Positions 11,395 to 19,063 of a stretch of 33,034 bases of DNA are shown in pieces. The notes beneath the pieces were generated by a model that searched no databases, was not told the origin of the DNA, and saw nothing but the letters and a program-made list of their open reading frames with translations. The DNA lies in the IMG/VR virus record IMGVR_UViG_3300017978_000347, positions 1-33,034 of that record. One strand, written 5' to 3'. Both the position numbers and the translations under genes were made by a program. How positions within the stretch are numbered: the first letter of the stretch is position 1; every line of letters starts with the position of its first letter. The DNA comes from a virus. Taxonomy: Duplodnaviria > Caudoviricetes.

Positions 11395-11667
11395 GCGTTT
11401 CTGGTCTTGTATTAATTTAATGCGCTCTTTAGGAGACTTAGCTCCCCACATTCCAGCTGCCTCCTGGTTGGTGACGGCGTAATCCAGGCACTGCACACGC
11501 ACTGGGCATCTATTGCAAAAGGTCCGGGCTATTTTGTAGCTCTCTTTATGGGCATCCCTAAACCACAAATCTGCATCAGTCTCTTGGCATGGTGGGACCA
11601 CATCAGCATTGTCTATTGCATCCCATAGCTTAAAAAACTTGATGCGGGCTGTCTTATTAATAAACAT
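11374..11667 (-). CDS. whiB: WhiB-family Fe-S transcription factor
   Basis: C-x(n)-CxxC-x5-C with D.D.WF and GMWGA (a G[VI]WGG variant); basic C-terminus. Confidence 0.92.
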   Translation of the reverse strand: MFINKTARIKFFKLWDAIDNADVVPPCQETDADLWFRDAHKESYKIARTFCNRCPVRVQCLDYAVTNQEAAGMWGAKSPKERIKLIQDQKRKKSPQP

Positions 11668-11702
11668 TTGTAAATGTCCTATGTCTTGAGTATGGTCTTA
11701 GT
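11668..11702 (+). promoter_or_regulatory. Leaderless promoter for the exonuclease gene; PafBC/RecA-NDp-like
   Basis: TTGTAA(11668)-N17-TATGGT(11691) with ATG 6 nt downstream and no SD; also TGTCCT(11675)-N10-TATGGT. Confidence 0.6.
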
Positions 11703-12596
11703 ATGACAGAAAATACATACACAAAATACATAACAACCGCAGACATGGTAGGCAATTTTGACCATGCAGATGCACGCTGGGCAGAGCTCAGGGATGGCAT
11801 GATTGGTGGCTCAATGGTGGGCACGATTGCAGGGCTCAATAAATGGGAGTCTGCCGTAACTGCCTTTTACAAGTTCACCAAACAAATTGATGACACTATT
11901 GAGGACAACCCGGCAATGGAATGGGGCCGCAGACTAGAGGCTCCAGTCATTGACAAGTTTGCAGATGAGCACCCTGAAATGATTGTGCACAAGGATGTGG
12001 GCACATGGGTAAGCAAGACCAGGGCTTATCAGTTAGCTAATCCAGATGGCATCTTGGAGCGTGACGGCTCACTTGGCATTTTGGAGATTAAAACTGCAGC
12101 CTACAAAGATGACTGGATTGCAGAGGATGGCTCAATGAGAGTGCCGCTGTATTACCAAACACAGGTCCAGTGGTATTTGAGCACGCTTGGACTTGACTGG
12201 GCATACCTGGCTGTTTTGTTTGCTGGGCGTGAATACCACGAGTTTGAGATTCAGGCAGACACATTCCAACAGTCTGTGGACATTGAGCTTGTGGAAACAT
12301 TCCTAAAGCACTGCTCAGAGATGAAGCAACCAGATTGGGATGGCTCAAATTCAACTTATGAAACCATCAGACGGCTTCACCCTGAGATTGAGGCTGTAGA
12401 GGTTGAGGTAGGCCAGCTGGGTCTTGACTACCTGGAGACTGAGAAAAAGGCTAAGCAAGCAAGTGAGGCCCTGACACAGCTAAAATCACAGGTCATGGCA
12501 GAGATGGGCCATGCTAAGGTTGGAACAATTGACGGCGTTGCACGATTCTGGAGACGTTCCAGAGCCGGGGGAACACCATTTTTAGTAGCTAAGTAG
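11703..12596 (+). CDS. YqaJ/RecE-like viral recombination exonuclease
   Basis: W...R..MIGGS, MEWG..LE, ANPDG, LEIKT and YQTQVQWY motifs. Confidence 0.92.
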   Translation: MTENTYTKYITTADMVGNFDHADARWAELRDGMIGGSMVGTIAGLNKWESAVTAFYKFTKQIDDTIEDNPAMEWGRRLEAPVIDKFADEHPEMIVHKDVGTWVSKTRAYQLANPDGILERDGSLGILEIKTAAYKDDWIAEDGSMRVPLYYQTQVQWYLSTLGLDWAYLAVLFAGREYHEFEIQADTFQQSVDIELVETFLKHCSEMKQPDWDGSNSTYETIRRLHPEIEAVEVEVGQLGLDYLETEKKAKQASEALTQLKSQVMAEMGHAKVGTIDGVARFWRRSRAGGTPFLVAK

Positions 12597-12605
12597 GAGG
12601 ACAAC

Positions 12606-13097
12606 ATGGGAAAATCAGAAAACTTTTTAGACGGATACATTGACGTTGCAGAGAGGATTAGGGAATTCAAATCCAAGCACCCGGAGGGCTCACTCAGGCA
12701 GGTCTCGCTTGAGTTTGTAAACCTGGGCGGCAAAGATTACGTAATTTACACCGCTGCAGCTTACCGGAGCCCTGAGGACACTATCCCCGGCATTGGCACA
12801 GCCTGGGAGCCTATCCCTGGCTCTAGCCCTTACACCAGGGGCTCAGAGGTCATGGTGGCGGAAACTAGCGCCTGGGGCCGGGCAATGATTGCCAGCCTTG
12901 CAGTTGAGTCTCAGCGAATTGCCAGCAAGCAAGAGGTCATAAATCGCCAAGTGCCGAAAAGGGATTTTTTAGGCGAGGCAGCTAAAGTTGGAACAGTGGC
13001 CGGCTTACGTGAATTATGGCAAGAGGCCCGCACTGCAGGCGCAGACGAAAAAACACTTACCGAGATTGCAAAGATAAAGGATGCCATCAAAGACTGA
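12606..13097 (+). CDS. Putative single-strand annealing protein (Rad52/Sak-like) partner of the exonuclease
   Basis: Y.DVAERI..F...HP.G and AETSAWGRA motifs; position after YqaJ; AGGAGG RBS. Confidence 0.55.
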   Translation: MGKSENFLDGYIDVAERIREFKSKHPEGSLRQVSLEFVNLGGKDYVIYTAAAYRSPEDTIPGIGTAWEPIPGSSPYTRGSEVMVAETSAWGRAMIASLAVESQRIASKQEVINRQVPKRDFLGEAAKVGTVAGLRELWQEARTAGADEKTLTEIAKIKDAIKD

Positions 13098-13287
13098 TGC
13101 AATACTGTTAGCCGCTATTAGGGAGCGCACTGAGCTCATTCAAGAGCTCTGGTTTTTTGGATTCCCTGATGAGGCCATAGCTGAGTATGCTCAGATTAAA
13201 ATCCTAAAGGCAAAATTGAGAGAGGTGAGGCGTGCTAACTCCAGACCTAGTAATCCAGGAACTCCAGGACATCCGCAGGCAGAGTGA
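13081..13287 (+). CDS. Hypothetical protein
   Basis: Fills the gap in the operon and overlaps both neighbours. Confidence 0.45.
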   Translation: MPSKTDAILLAAIRERTELIQELWFFGFPDEAIAEYAQIKILKAKLREVRRANSRPSNPGTPGHPQAE

Positions 13288-13579
13288 AAAAGGCATCCAG
13301 ATGCTTGCAGATGCTGAGAATAAATTTTTAGAGCTTGACACTAAAGCTGAGACTATTGAGGCGCAGGCTCTATTGGCCTCTGAGGGCACTGTAGTGGACA
13401 GACAGGCCAGGGCTAAGCTTGCATCATCTGACGCCCGCTATGAGGCATCTGTGGCTCGTGTGGAGGTGCAGAGAATCAAGACCAAGCTACGCCATTTGAA
13501 TGAGTCAATGATGGCCGTTATGAGTGCGGCCAAAATGGTTGAGATAACTTACAAGACGGCAGGAATTGGGGAGCGATGA
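13232..13579 (+). CDS. Helical coiled-coil protein in the recombination module (possibly UvsY-like)
   Basis: All-helical 115 aa with GAGG RBS; function inferred from context only. Confidence 0.5.
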   Translation: MLTPDLVIQELQDIRRQSEKGIQMLADAENKFLELDTKAETIEAQALLASEGTVVDRQARAKLASSDARYEASVARVEVQRIKTKLRHLNESMMAVMSAAKMVEITYKTAGIGER

Positions 13580-13746
13580 ACTGGCTCAGGTCCCAGCTGT
13601 TTCTTTTAATTCAGCATTGGCAATGGAGCAGGTGGCAAAAAGCCAGGATTGCCGAAGCAAAGAAACAAAAAAATGTTGACTATCAGAAATGTTTGTTTAC
13701 TAATTGCGACAAGTGCAGATGTGGTGCAATTTTAGATTGTGAATGA
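13576..13746 (+). CDS. Small Cys-rich hypothetical protein (56 aa, below the ORF-track cutoff)
   Basis: MNWLRSQLFLL...CLFTNCDKCRCGAILDCE*; ATGA overlap with the upstream stop, fills the gap exactly. Confidence 0.55.
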   Translation: MNWLRSQLFLLIQHWQWSRWQKARIAEAKKQKNVDYQKCLFTNCDKCRCGAILDCE

Positions 13747-13972
13747 CATTAGGGAAAAATGCAGTTGCGGGGCCTCATTCAAAGCCAATGGCGATGAGGC
13801 TCTAAAACTATACCGGGCATGGGTCAAGCGCCATGTCTGCCCTGATGAGCCTCTGGAAATTCAGCGTGATTTTGAGAGCACTAGCACTATAGGTTTTGCG
13901 GCTGACTTCAAAGGCACAGGCATGGACATTCCAGCCAGGACATCTGACCCTTTTGGTGACGAGGATGAATAA
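13739..13972 (+). CDS. Small putative Zn-binding protein
   Basis: CSCG...W..RH.C pattern. Confidence 0.6.
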   Translation: MNDIREKCSCGASFKANGDEALKLYRAWVKRHVCPDEPLEIQRDFESTSTIGFAADFKGTGMDIPARTSDPFGDEDE

Positions 13973-14306
13973 AAAAGAATTTGACAAGTATCTCACTAGA
14001 GACAAAAGCCGCTGTTACCATTGCGGCATTAGTGATGACACGCTAATCCCACAGCATAGACAGGGGCGAGGCATGGGCGGCAGTAAAGCCAGGCACGTGC
14101 CCTCAAACATCATCACGTTTTGCAGTGAACACAATGGCAGGATAGAGAGCAACGCAATTGCTAGAGCTAAAGCAAGGCGGTTAGGTTGGTCACTTGAATC
14201 CTGGCAAGACCCAAAGACGGCTCCGGTATTTGACACAGCATCCGGTAGTTGGTATCTTTTGGGGGATGACTTTAGCAGGCAGACTTATTCCCTGGAGGAC
14301 AGTTAG
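13965..14306 (+). CDS. HNH-like endonuclease
   Basis: RD..RCYHCG...QHR..RGMGGS.....SNII..C..HN; ATG 13965 is the likelier start than 13896. Confidence 0.78.
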   Translation: MNKKEFDKYLTRDKSRCYHCGISDDTLIPQHRQGRGMGGSKARHVPSNIITFCSEHNGRIESNAIARAKARRLGWSLESWQDPKTAPVFDTASGSWYLLGDDFSRQTYSLEDS

Positions 14307-14403
14307 GGAATAAGCCCCAGGGAGCAAGCTCAACCTGGTTGCCGGCAGACAAGTTGCCAGCTGAGAGTATTGTTGCACATAGTTTTGACAAGAGAGGACA
14401 GTA

Positions 14404-15111
14404 ATGCCATTAATTAGAGGACATCACGAATTTGATGACCACTTCACCCAAATCCCAAATGACTGGTTACGAGATGACCGGCTGAGCTTTAGGGCTAGAG
14501 GGTTGCTTGCACACATCCTCAGTCACCGGCCAGAGTGGTCATTGACCATTGAATTTTTAGCCGGCAAGAATCCTGAGGGCAGGGATGCAATTAGGTCTGC
14601 CATTAAAGAATTAGAGGATTTGGGCTACATCAAGCGAGAGCAGCCGAATCATGGCAAGTTCCAAGAAACTATCTGGACAACCCAGGACCCTAAAGGGATT
14701 GAGCCGGGCCCTGGAAACCCGCTGACGGAAAACCCGCCGGCGGGAAATCCGTTGCATAAGAATAACATTATTAAGAATACTAATATTAAGAATACAGAGA
14801 GAGAGCATTTTGATAAATTCTGGGAGCTCTATCCAAAAAAGGTGGACAAGGCTCAGGCCCTCAGAGGCTTCACAAGGGCTCTAAAGCGTGCCAGCCTGGA
14901 AACCATACTCCGGGGAGCTAAAAACTACTCTACGGACCCAAATCTGCCCGATGAGAAACGCTTTATCAAGAATCCGGCAACCTGGTTAAACGCAGACTCA
15001 TGGGACAACGGACCATTACCCGAACGGACACGCCGAAACAAAAGCCAAACAGATTGGGAATCTTTGGCAAAATGGGCACAAGAGCAAGACCGGCTAATGG
15101 AGGACAACTAA
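14404..15111 (+). CDS. Phage replication initiator (N-terminal winged HTH, C-terminal DnaD/O-like domain)
   Basis: FTQIPN..LRD.RLS..ARGLL, ELE..GYI, F..FW..YPKK..K and P.TWLN..W motifs; internal iterons. Confidence 0.85.
   Translation: MPLIRGHHEFDDHFTQIPNDWLRDDRLSFRARGLLAHILSHRPEWSLTIEFLAGKNPEGRDAIRSAIKELEDLGYIKREQPNHGKFQETIWTTQDPKGIEPGPGNPLTENPPAGNPLHKNNIIKNTNIKNTEREHFDKFWELYPKKVDKAQALRGFTRALKRASLETILRGAKNYSTDPNLPDEKRFIKNPATWLNADSWDNGPLPERTRRNKSQTDWESLAKWAQEQDRLMEDN
14712..14795 (+). repeat. Probable replication origin: three 15-bp-period iterons followed by three AT-rich 15-bp repeats
   Basis: AAA(C/T)CCG at 14715, 14730, 14745; TAAGAATA at 14757, 14772, 14787. Confidence 0.75.
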
Positions 15112-15308
15112 TGCCAACTTATGATTACCGATGTGACGGCTGTGAAATAACAGCATCAGAGCAAAGGTCAATTGCAGACAGGGATAACCCTGCAACCTGC
15201 AACATCTGCAGACAAGTGATGTGGAGAGTGCTAACTGCACCGGCCATTAAATTCAAGGGAAGTGGCTTTTATTCAAATGACAAAAACGGCAATGATGAAG
15301 CCTTTTAG
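15111..15308 (+). CDS. FmdB-family zinc ribbon protein
   Basis: MPTYDYRC..C...C..C...M.R....P.I.FKGSGFY.ND; true start is ATG 15111, overlapping the rep stop (TAATG). Confidence 0.85.
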   Translation: MPTYDYRCDGCEITASEQRSIADRDNPATCNICRQVMWRVLTAPAIKFKGSGFYSNDKNGNDEAF

Positions 15309-15702
15309 TCAAGACCTGTTTGATGCAGATGACAACGCAAAACACCAGGCGATTGAATACCTGGAAACCCAAGGCCTAATCATGCGAGTCAACCTGGACC
15401 CTTATGGCGTTGACTTGATTGGTGAGCTGAATGGTGAGCCTAGGTCCTACGAGATTGAAGTTAAGCGCTCATGGAGCGGGGACCATTTTCAATTTCACAC
15501 AGTGCACATTGCAGCTAGAAAAATAAAGTTTGCCAAGCCTGAGACTAGATTCCTGATGTTTAATCTTGAGCGCACCCATGCGTTTTTGATTACCGGGGAT
15601 GATGTTGCCAGGTCACCGATTGTTACAAAAAGCACCAAATACACTGAGGCGGAGGACTTCATCTCAGTTCCATTGAGCAGAGTTAGGATGATTCAGCTTT
15701 GA
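15292..15702 (+). CDS. PD-(D/E)XK-like nuclease-fold protein
   Basis: DPYGVDL...YEIEVKRSW motif; start uncertain (15262-15295). Confidence 0.6.
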   Translation: MMKPFSQDLFDADDNAKHQAIEYLETQGLIMRVNLDPYGVDLIGELNGEPRSYEIEVKRSWSGDHFQFHTVHIAARKIKFAKPETRFLMFNLERTHAFLITGDDVARSPIVTKSTKYTEAEDFISVPLSRVRMIQL

Positions 15703-16094
15703 ACATTTCAGAGACAAGAGAGTTGCTACAGGACATAGCAGCAATAGACAAGAGACAAATTACCCCGGAGACCATCCAGGCGTGGCATGGAATTCTGGGC
15801 CACATAAGTTTGGATGTTGCCAAAGAGGCGCACAAGCTTGCCCGCAAAGACTTAAGCATTAATTACTTGGAGCCCCGGCACATTTTTGGGTGGTCAAAAG
15901 AGGCAGTTAGCATCCTCCAGCGAAACCAGCCACAAGTGCCAGAGCCTGAACGGCCCTCATCCCCTGAGCCTAACTGCAAGCATCACCGGACCCGCATCAC
16001 AGAGTGCAAGCCATGCATTAAAGAGCTAGGCAAGCAAACTGACCTAAACGCTGAGCAATTGCACGCCTGGGCGGTGGCAAACATTTATGAGTAA
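15699..16094 (+). CDS. Replicative helicase loader/inhibitor-like protein (G39P-like N-terminus)
   Basis: ET..LL..I.AID.R......I.AW...L.......A pattern with C-terminal C.H...C..C; lies downstream of the initiator. Confidence 0.6.
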   Translation: MNISETRELLQDIAAIDKRQITPETIQAWHGILGHISLDVAKEAHKLARKDLSINYLEPRHIFGWSKEAVSILQRNQPQVPEPERPSSPEPNCKHHRTRITECKPCIKELGKQTDLNAEQLHAWAVANIYE

Positions 16095-16494
16095 ATCAGA
16101 GGCCACTTGCCTAATCTGTAATGAGACGTGGACCATTCACGAGGGGAGAGAAAACAAACAAATCTTTTGCCGGATGTGCCGCTCACACGAGAGCGCTATT
16201 GACTACGGCCATGATGACCCATGCCTCCCCTGGCGTGGAGAGTTTGACGAGGATGACAACCCCATCAAAGGCACAAGGCTTTATTTACCAGGCAACCGAA
16301 TCTGTGGCCACAGGGATTGCGTGGCAGAATCTCACATCAAGACTCAACTGCCTTGGCAAGTGCTAGAGGCTGAGAGGTATGACACAAGCTACCGAACCGG
16401 CAGGAAACAGGACTGGACCCAGTTGACTGCAAAGCTCAAAAAAGAGCTCCCAAAAATGTCAGTGCCAGCTGATAAGATAACCAAAACATCCTAG
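16087..16494 (+). CDS. Cys-rich hypothetical protein (Zn-binding, degenerate HNH-like)
   Basis: CxxC...CxxC, C.PW.G and CGH.DCV..H motifs. Confidence 0.6.
   Translation: MSKSEATCLICNETWTIHEGRENKQIFCRMCRSHESAIDYGHDDPCLPWRGEFDEDDNPIKGTRLYLPGNRICGHRDCVAESHIKTQLPWQVLEAERYDTSYRTGRKQDWTQLTAKLKKELPKMSVPADKITKTS
16457..16478 (+). promoter_or_regulatory. PafBC/RecA-NDp-like promoter upstream of ssb
   Basis: TGTCAG-N10-TAAGAT (TGTCAGTG-N8-TAnnnT), 26 nt before the ssb ATG, with AGGAGG RBS between. Confidence 0.6.
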
Positions 16495-16504
16495 GAGGAT
16501 ACAA

Positions 16505-16834
16505 ATGGCAGATATCAAATTCAAGGCAACAGTTAAGAATGTCTATGACAAGTTTCTGATTGTCTATGAAAAGCACTCAAAGAAAACCCCAACCGGGGAA
16601 TGGGAAACTGTAGGCTACACAGATTTCAAGGTGTGGCTACCAGATGGCTTAACCGGCTCCATGTTCAAGGAAAAGGATTTTATTGAGGTCTCAGGCCGCC
16701 AGAAAACTGAAACAGTTGAAAAAGACGGCACTAAGTATAAAAACCTAGTTGTTAGCGCCAATGTGATTGAAACAGTCAAGGGCTCTAAACCAGCCGGCAC
16801 TCAGGTGCTGGATGCAACAGATGCACCATTCTAA
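16505..16834 (+). CDS. ssb: Single-stranded DNA-binding protein
   Basis: OB-fold pattern (GEWE, KVW, I.VSGR) and acidic DAPF C-terminus. Confidence 0.85.
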   Translation: MADIKFKATVKNVYDKFLIVYEKHSKKTPTGEWETVGYTDFKVWLPDGLTGSMFKEKDFIEVSGRQKTETVEKDGTKYKNLVVSANVIETVKGSKPAGTQVLDATDAPF

Positions 16835-17254
16835 ATGACTAGACAAAGCGCCTATTTTGAGGTTGTCGGGGCAGAGCCAGCGCCGCAGGGCTCCAAGCGA
16901 TACCTAGGGAATGGGCGCTTTGTTGAAGCATCTAAGAAACTAGAGCCCTGGAGGCGTGCAGTTGCTGAGGCAGTTGAAGCCATGTTTGAGGCAACCGGGG
17001 ACCGAACCACATTTAGCGAGGCTTGCCAGGTAGAGGTTACTTTTATCCTCCCGAAGCCCAAGACAGTCAAGCGGCTATGGCCTACAGTTCCACCAGATGC
17101 AGACAAGCTTGCCCGCAGCCTGGGGGATGCCATGAGCCTCTCAAAATACGCCCTTTTGCTAGAGGATGACAGCCTTATTTGTCACTGGGAAATCACCAAA
17201 ACCTATGGAACCCCTGAAACTATGGGCGCAAAGGTCAAAATAACCCTTATTTAA
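16835..17254 (+). CDS. rusA: RusA-like Holliday junction resolvase
   Basis: PAPQGSK, WR..V, PPDADKL.R...D.. and EDDS motifs. Confidence 0.9.
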   Translation: MTRQSAYFEVVGAEPAPQGSKRYLGNGRFVEASKKLEPWRRAVAEAVEAMFEATGDRTTFSEACQVEVTFILPKPKTVKRLWPTVPPDADKLARSLGDAMSLSKYALLLEDDSLICHWEITKTYGTPETMGAKVKITLI

Positions 17255-17290
17255 AGCTCAAAAAAAGTTTCTAAAACACGCCCTAGAAAC

Positions 17291-17320
17291 TTGCACATTG
17301 TGGCAGGTTATGTGTAGGGT
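17291..17320 (+). promoter_or_regulatory. SigA-like promoter for the small-gene cluster
   Basis: TTGCAC-N18-TAGGGT in an AT-rich intergenic gap, then GAGAGGAC RBS. Confidence 0.6.
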
Positions 17321-17350
17321 TATTACATCAGGTCAAAGAGAGGACAAAAA

Positions 17351-17557
17351 ATGACCAAGAGCATAAAACTAACAGACAAGCAAATTGAAGCACTTTACGC
17401 AGCAATCAGAATCCACGCAGGCTCATATGATGGTTGGACAGATTCAGAGCTATCTGAGTTTGACATTAAGCGTGAGCTATTGGCTTTGAAGCAAGTAGAG
17501 GCAAAGCTAGATGAAATCAGCGTAATAGTAGGCGCTTTGGCCGGAGCAACAAAATGA
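17351..17557 (+). CDS. Hypothetical protein
   Basis: Strong RBS; first gene after the promoter. Confidence 0.65.
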   Translation: MTKSIKLTDKQIEALYAAIRIHAGSYDGWTDSELSEFDIKRELLALKQVEAKLDEISVIVGALAGATK

Positions 17558-17718
17558 ATAAGCCAAGCAAAGTAGAATTTGAGGATGTTGTCAATGACTA
17601 CATCAATGGCGGCATGGAGGACATGGCTGCAATTTTTGACCAGGTTGACAACTGGACTCACTACTATAAAAGCAAATTTTGGACAGCTATTTATGAATGG
17701 AGAGCAAACAATGGATAA
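17554..17718 (+). CDS. Hypothetical protein (54 aa, below the ORF-track cutoff)
   Basis: MNKPSKVEFEDVVNDY...WRANNG*; ATGA coupling and GGAG RBS. Confidence 0.6.
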   Translation: MNKPSKVEFEDVVNDYINGGMEDMAAIFDQVDNWTHYYKSKFWTAIYEWRANNG

Positions 17719-17911
17719 GGCAATCAAACATTTCGCAGAGGACATCTTGCCTCAGTCAAGTGATGAAGTATTACTAGAGATGGCAGACATCATGGACAAG
17801 ATGACAGACCTGCATGAGCGTGAGGGCCACGAGGCTCAGCGCAAAAGCCTGGAGCCTTACAACATGGCAATTACAGAGGAATTAATTAATCGTGGGCTGG
17901 TGAACTACTAA
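17711..17911 (+). CDS. Hypothetical protein
   Basis: True start is likely ATG 17711 (MDKAIKHF...) after GGAG. Confidence 0.6.
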   Translation: MDKAIKHFAEDILPQSSDEVLLEMADIMDKMTDLHEREGHEAQRKSLEPYNMAITEELINRGLVNY

Positions 17912-18075
17912 TGGGCTGGGGACTATTCGCAATGATGGCCGGATTCACAGGCGCATTGATTGTTAGCTGGGAGCTCCAGAAAATTAATTTACTTATGGGC
18001 CACACTGTTGGGATTGCCCTGATGTTTTTAATTATGATTTTTAGCGTTGACTACATGGCTAGGAGGATGAAGTGA
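17911..18075 (+). CDS. Small two-TM membrane protein (54 aa, below the ORF-track cutoff)
   Basis: MGWGLFAMMAGFTGALIVSW...VGIALMFLIMIFSVDYMARRMK*; TAATG and GTGA coupling at the two ends. Confidence 0.65.
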   Translation: MGWGLFAMMAGFTGALIVSWELQKINLLMGHTVGIALMFLIMIFSVDYMARRMK

Positions 18076-18257
18076 GTGAGCTGCAAGATGTGATTGCTAC
18101 AAGTAGCATTAAAGCTTTTAATCATGGGATGCGCTTTGAGCGTGAGCGCATTGCTCAGCTGATTGAACGCCTGGGGTTTCGCTGGGATGGAGACAAGCAA
18201 ACTGTATTGCTAGACAAGCGTGAAATAGTGATGCTGATTGAGAGCGGTGCAGAATGA
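18072..18257 (+). CDS. Small helical protein (G...ERERI family)
   Basis: AFNHGMRFERERIAQLIE; AGGAGG RBS. Confidence 0.65.
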   Translation: MSELQDVIATSSIKAFNHGMRFERERIAQLIERLGFRWDGDKQTVLLDKREIVMLIESGAE

Positions 18258-18478
18258 GAGAGTGGAAATACCAGCTTGCCCAAAAATTCTTTGAACGTGA
18301 GCTAGATGATGCTTACAAGATGGGCATCCGGGAGGGTGTAGAGCAGGTCACCAAGGCAATTACTTTTAACATGAGCCTAAGAGACCCGCACATTACCAAG
18401 GGTCAGATAGTTGCTTGGAACGCAGCTAAAACAATTGTTGCAAAGGCCACTGCACTATTCATCCGGGGGGCAAGATAA
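18254..18478 (+). CDS. Small helical protein
   Basis: AYKMGIREG motif; ATGA coupling. Confidence 0.6.
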   Translation: MREWKYQLAQKFFERELDDAYKMGIREGVEQVTKAITFNMSLRDPHITKGQIVAWNAAKTIVAKATALFIRGAR

Positions 18479-18480
18479 CA

Positions 18481-18687
18481 ATGGACAGCGATTACACAAA
18501 AGGATTTGAAGCCGGCAAAGCTTATGCCTATGCCTGGGTGATTGAGCTCATATTTCATCACTTAGATGCCGGAGTAAACCTGACTATGGAGGAAATTCTA
18601 AAAGAGGTTGAATGGGCAGCTGATGAAAAACACCGGATGGCTCAAGAGGCTGCAATCAAAAAGGCTCTAGGCGATGCCAAAGCGTGA
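18481..18687 (+). CDS. Small helical protein
   Basis: DYTKGFEAGK motif. Confidence 0.6.
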   Translation: MDSDYTKGFEAGKAYAYAWVIELIFHHLDAGVNLTMEEILKEVEWAADEKHRMAQEAAIKKALGDAKA

Positions 18688-18871
18688 CTCTGATGAGTTC
18701 CACTTAGGGAAAATGGTTGGTGAGACTATGGGCCGCATCTCTGAGCAAGAGCGCATCATTGCACTACTGGAGGAAGTTGAAATCTCATTTTTTGACAATG
18801 ACAAAGACCAGGTTCAGACGTTGCAACCGGACTGGACAGATTTATTTAGACAAATTAGGCGAGAGGCCTAA
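18674..18871 (+). CDS. Small helical protein (G...EQERI family)
   Basis: FHLGKMVGETMGRISEQERIIALLEE. Confidence 0.6.
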   Translation: MPKRDSDEFHLGKMVGETMGRISEQERIIALLEEVEISFFDNDKDQVQTLQPDWTDLFRQIRREA

Positions 18872-18877
18872 AACCAA

Positions 18878-19063
18878 ATGGAGGACATCACTATGACACC
18901 AATTTATGACCAGGCCCACAAGGAATGGACCCAGGCAATTGCATCAGGCGAGGCAAGGGCTATGCTGCAGATGAAAAAAAGAATCCTAGGCGCATTGCAA
19001 GAGATAGGCAAACCAACTCAAAAGATTAAGGCCATTATCAAAGAGCTAGAGTCCATCAAATGA
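18878..19063 (+). CDS. Small helical protein
   Basis: GEARAMLQMKKRILGAL; alternative start ATG 18893 after GGAGG. Confidence 0.55.
   Translation: MEDITMTPIYDQAHKEWTQAIASGEARAMLQMKKRILGALQEIGKPTQKIKAIIKELESIK

Noticed and set aside
14284-14363. tRNA or tmRNA in the multi-hairpin region
   Set aside because: No acceptor stem, TTC-containing T-loop or CCA end
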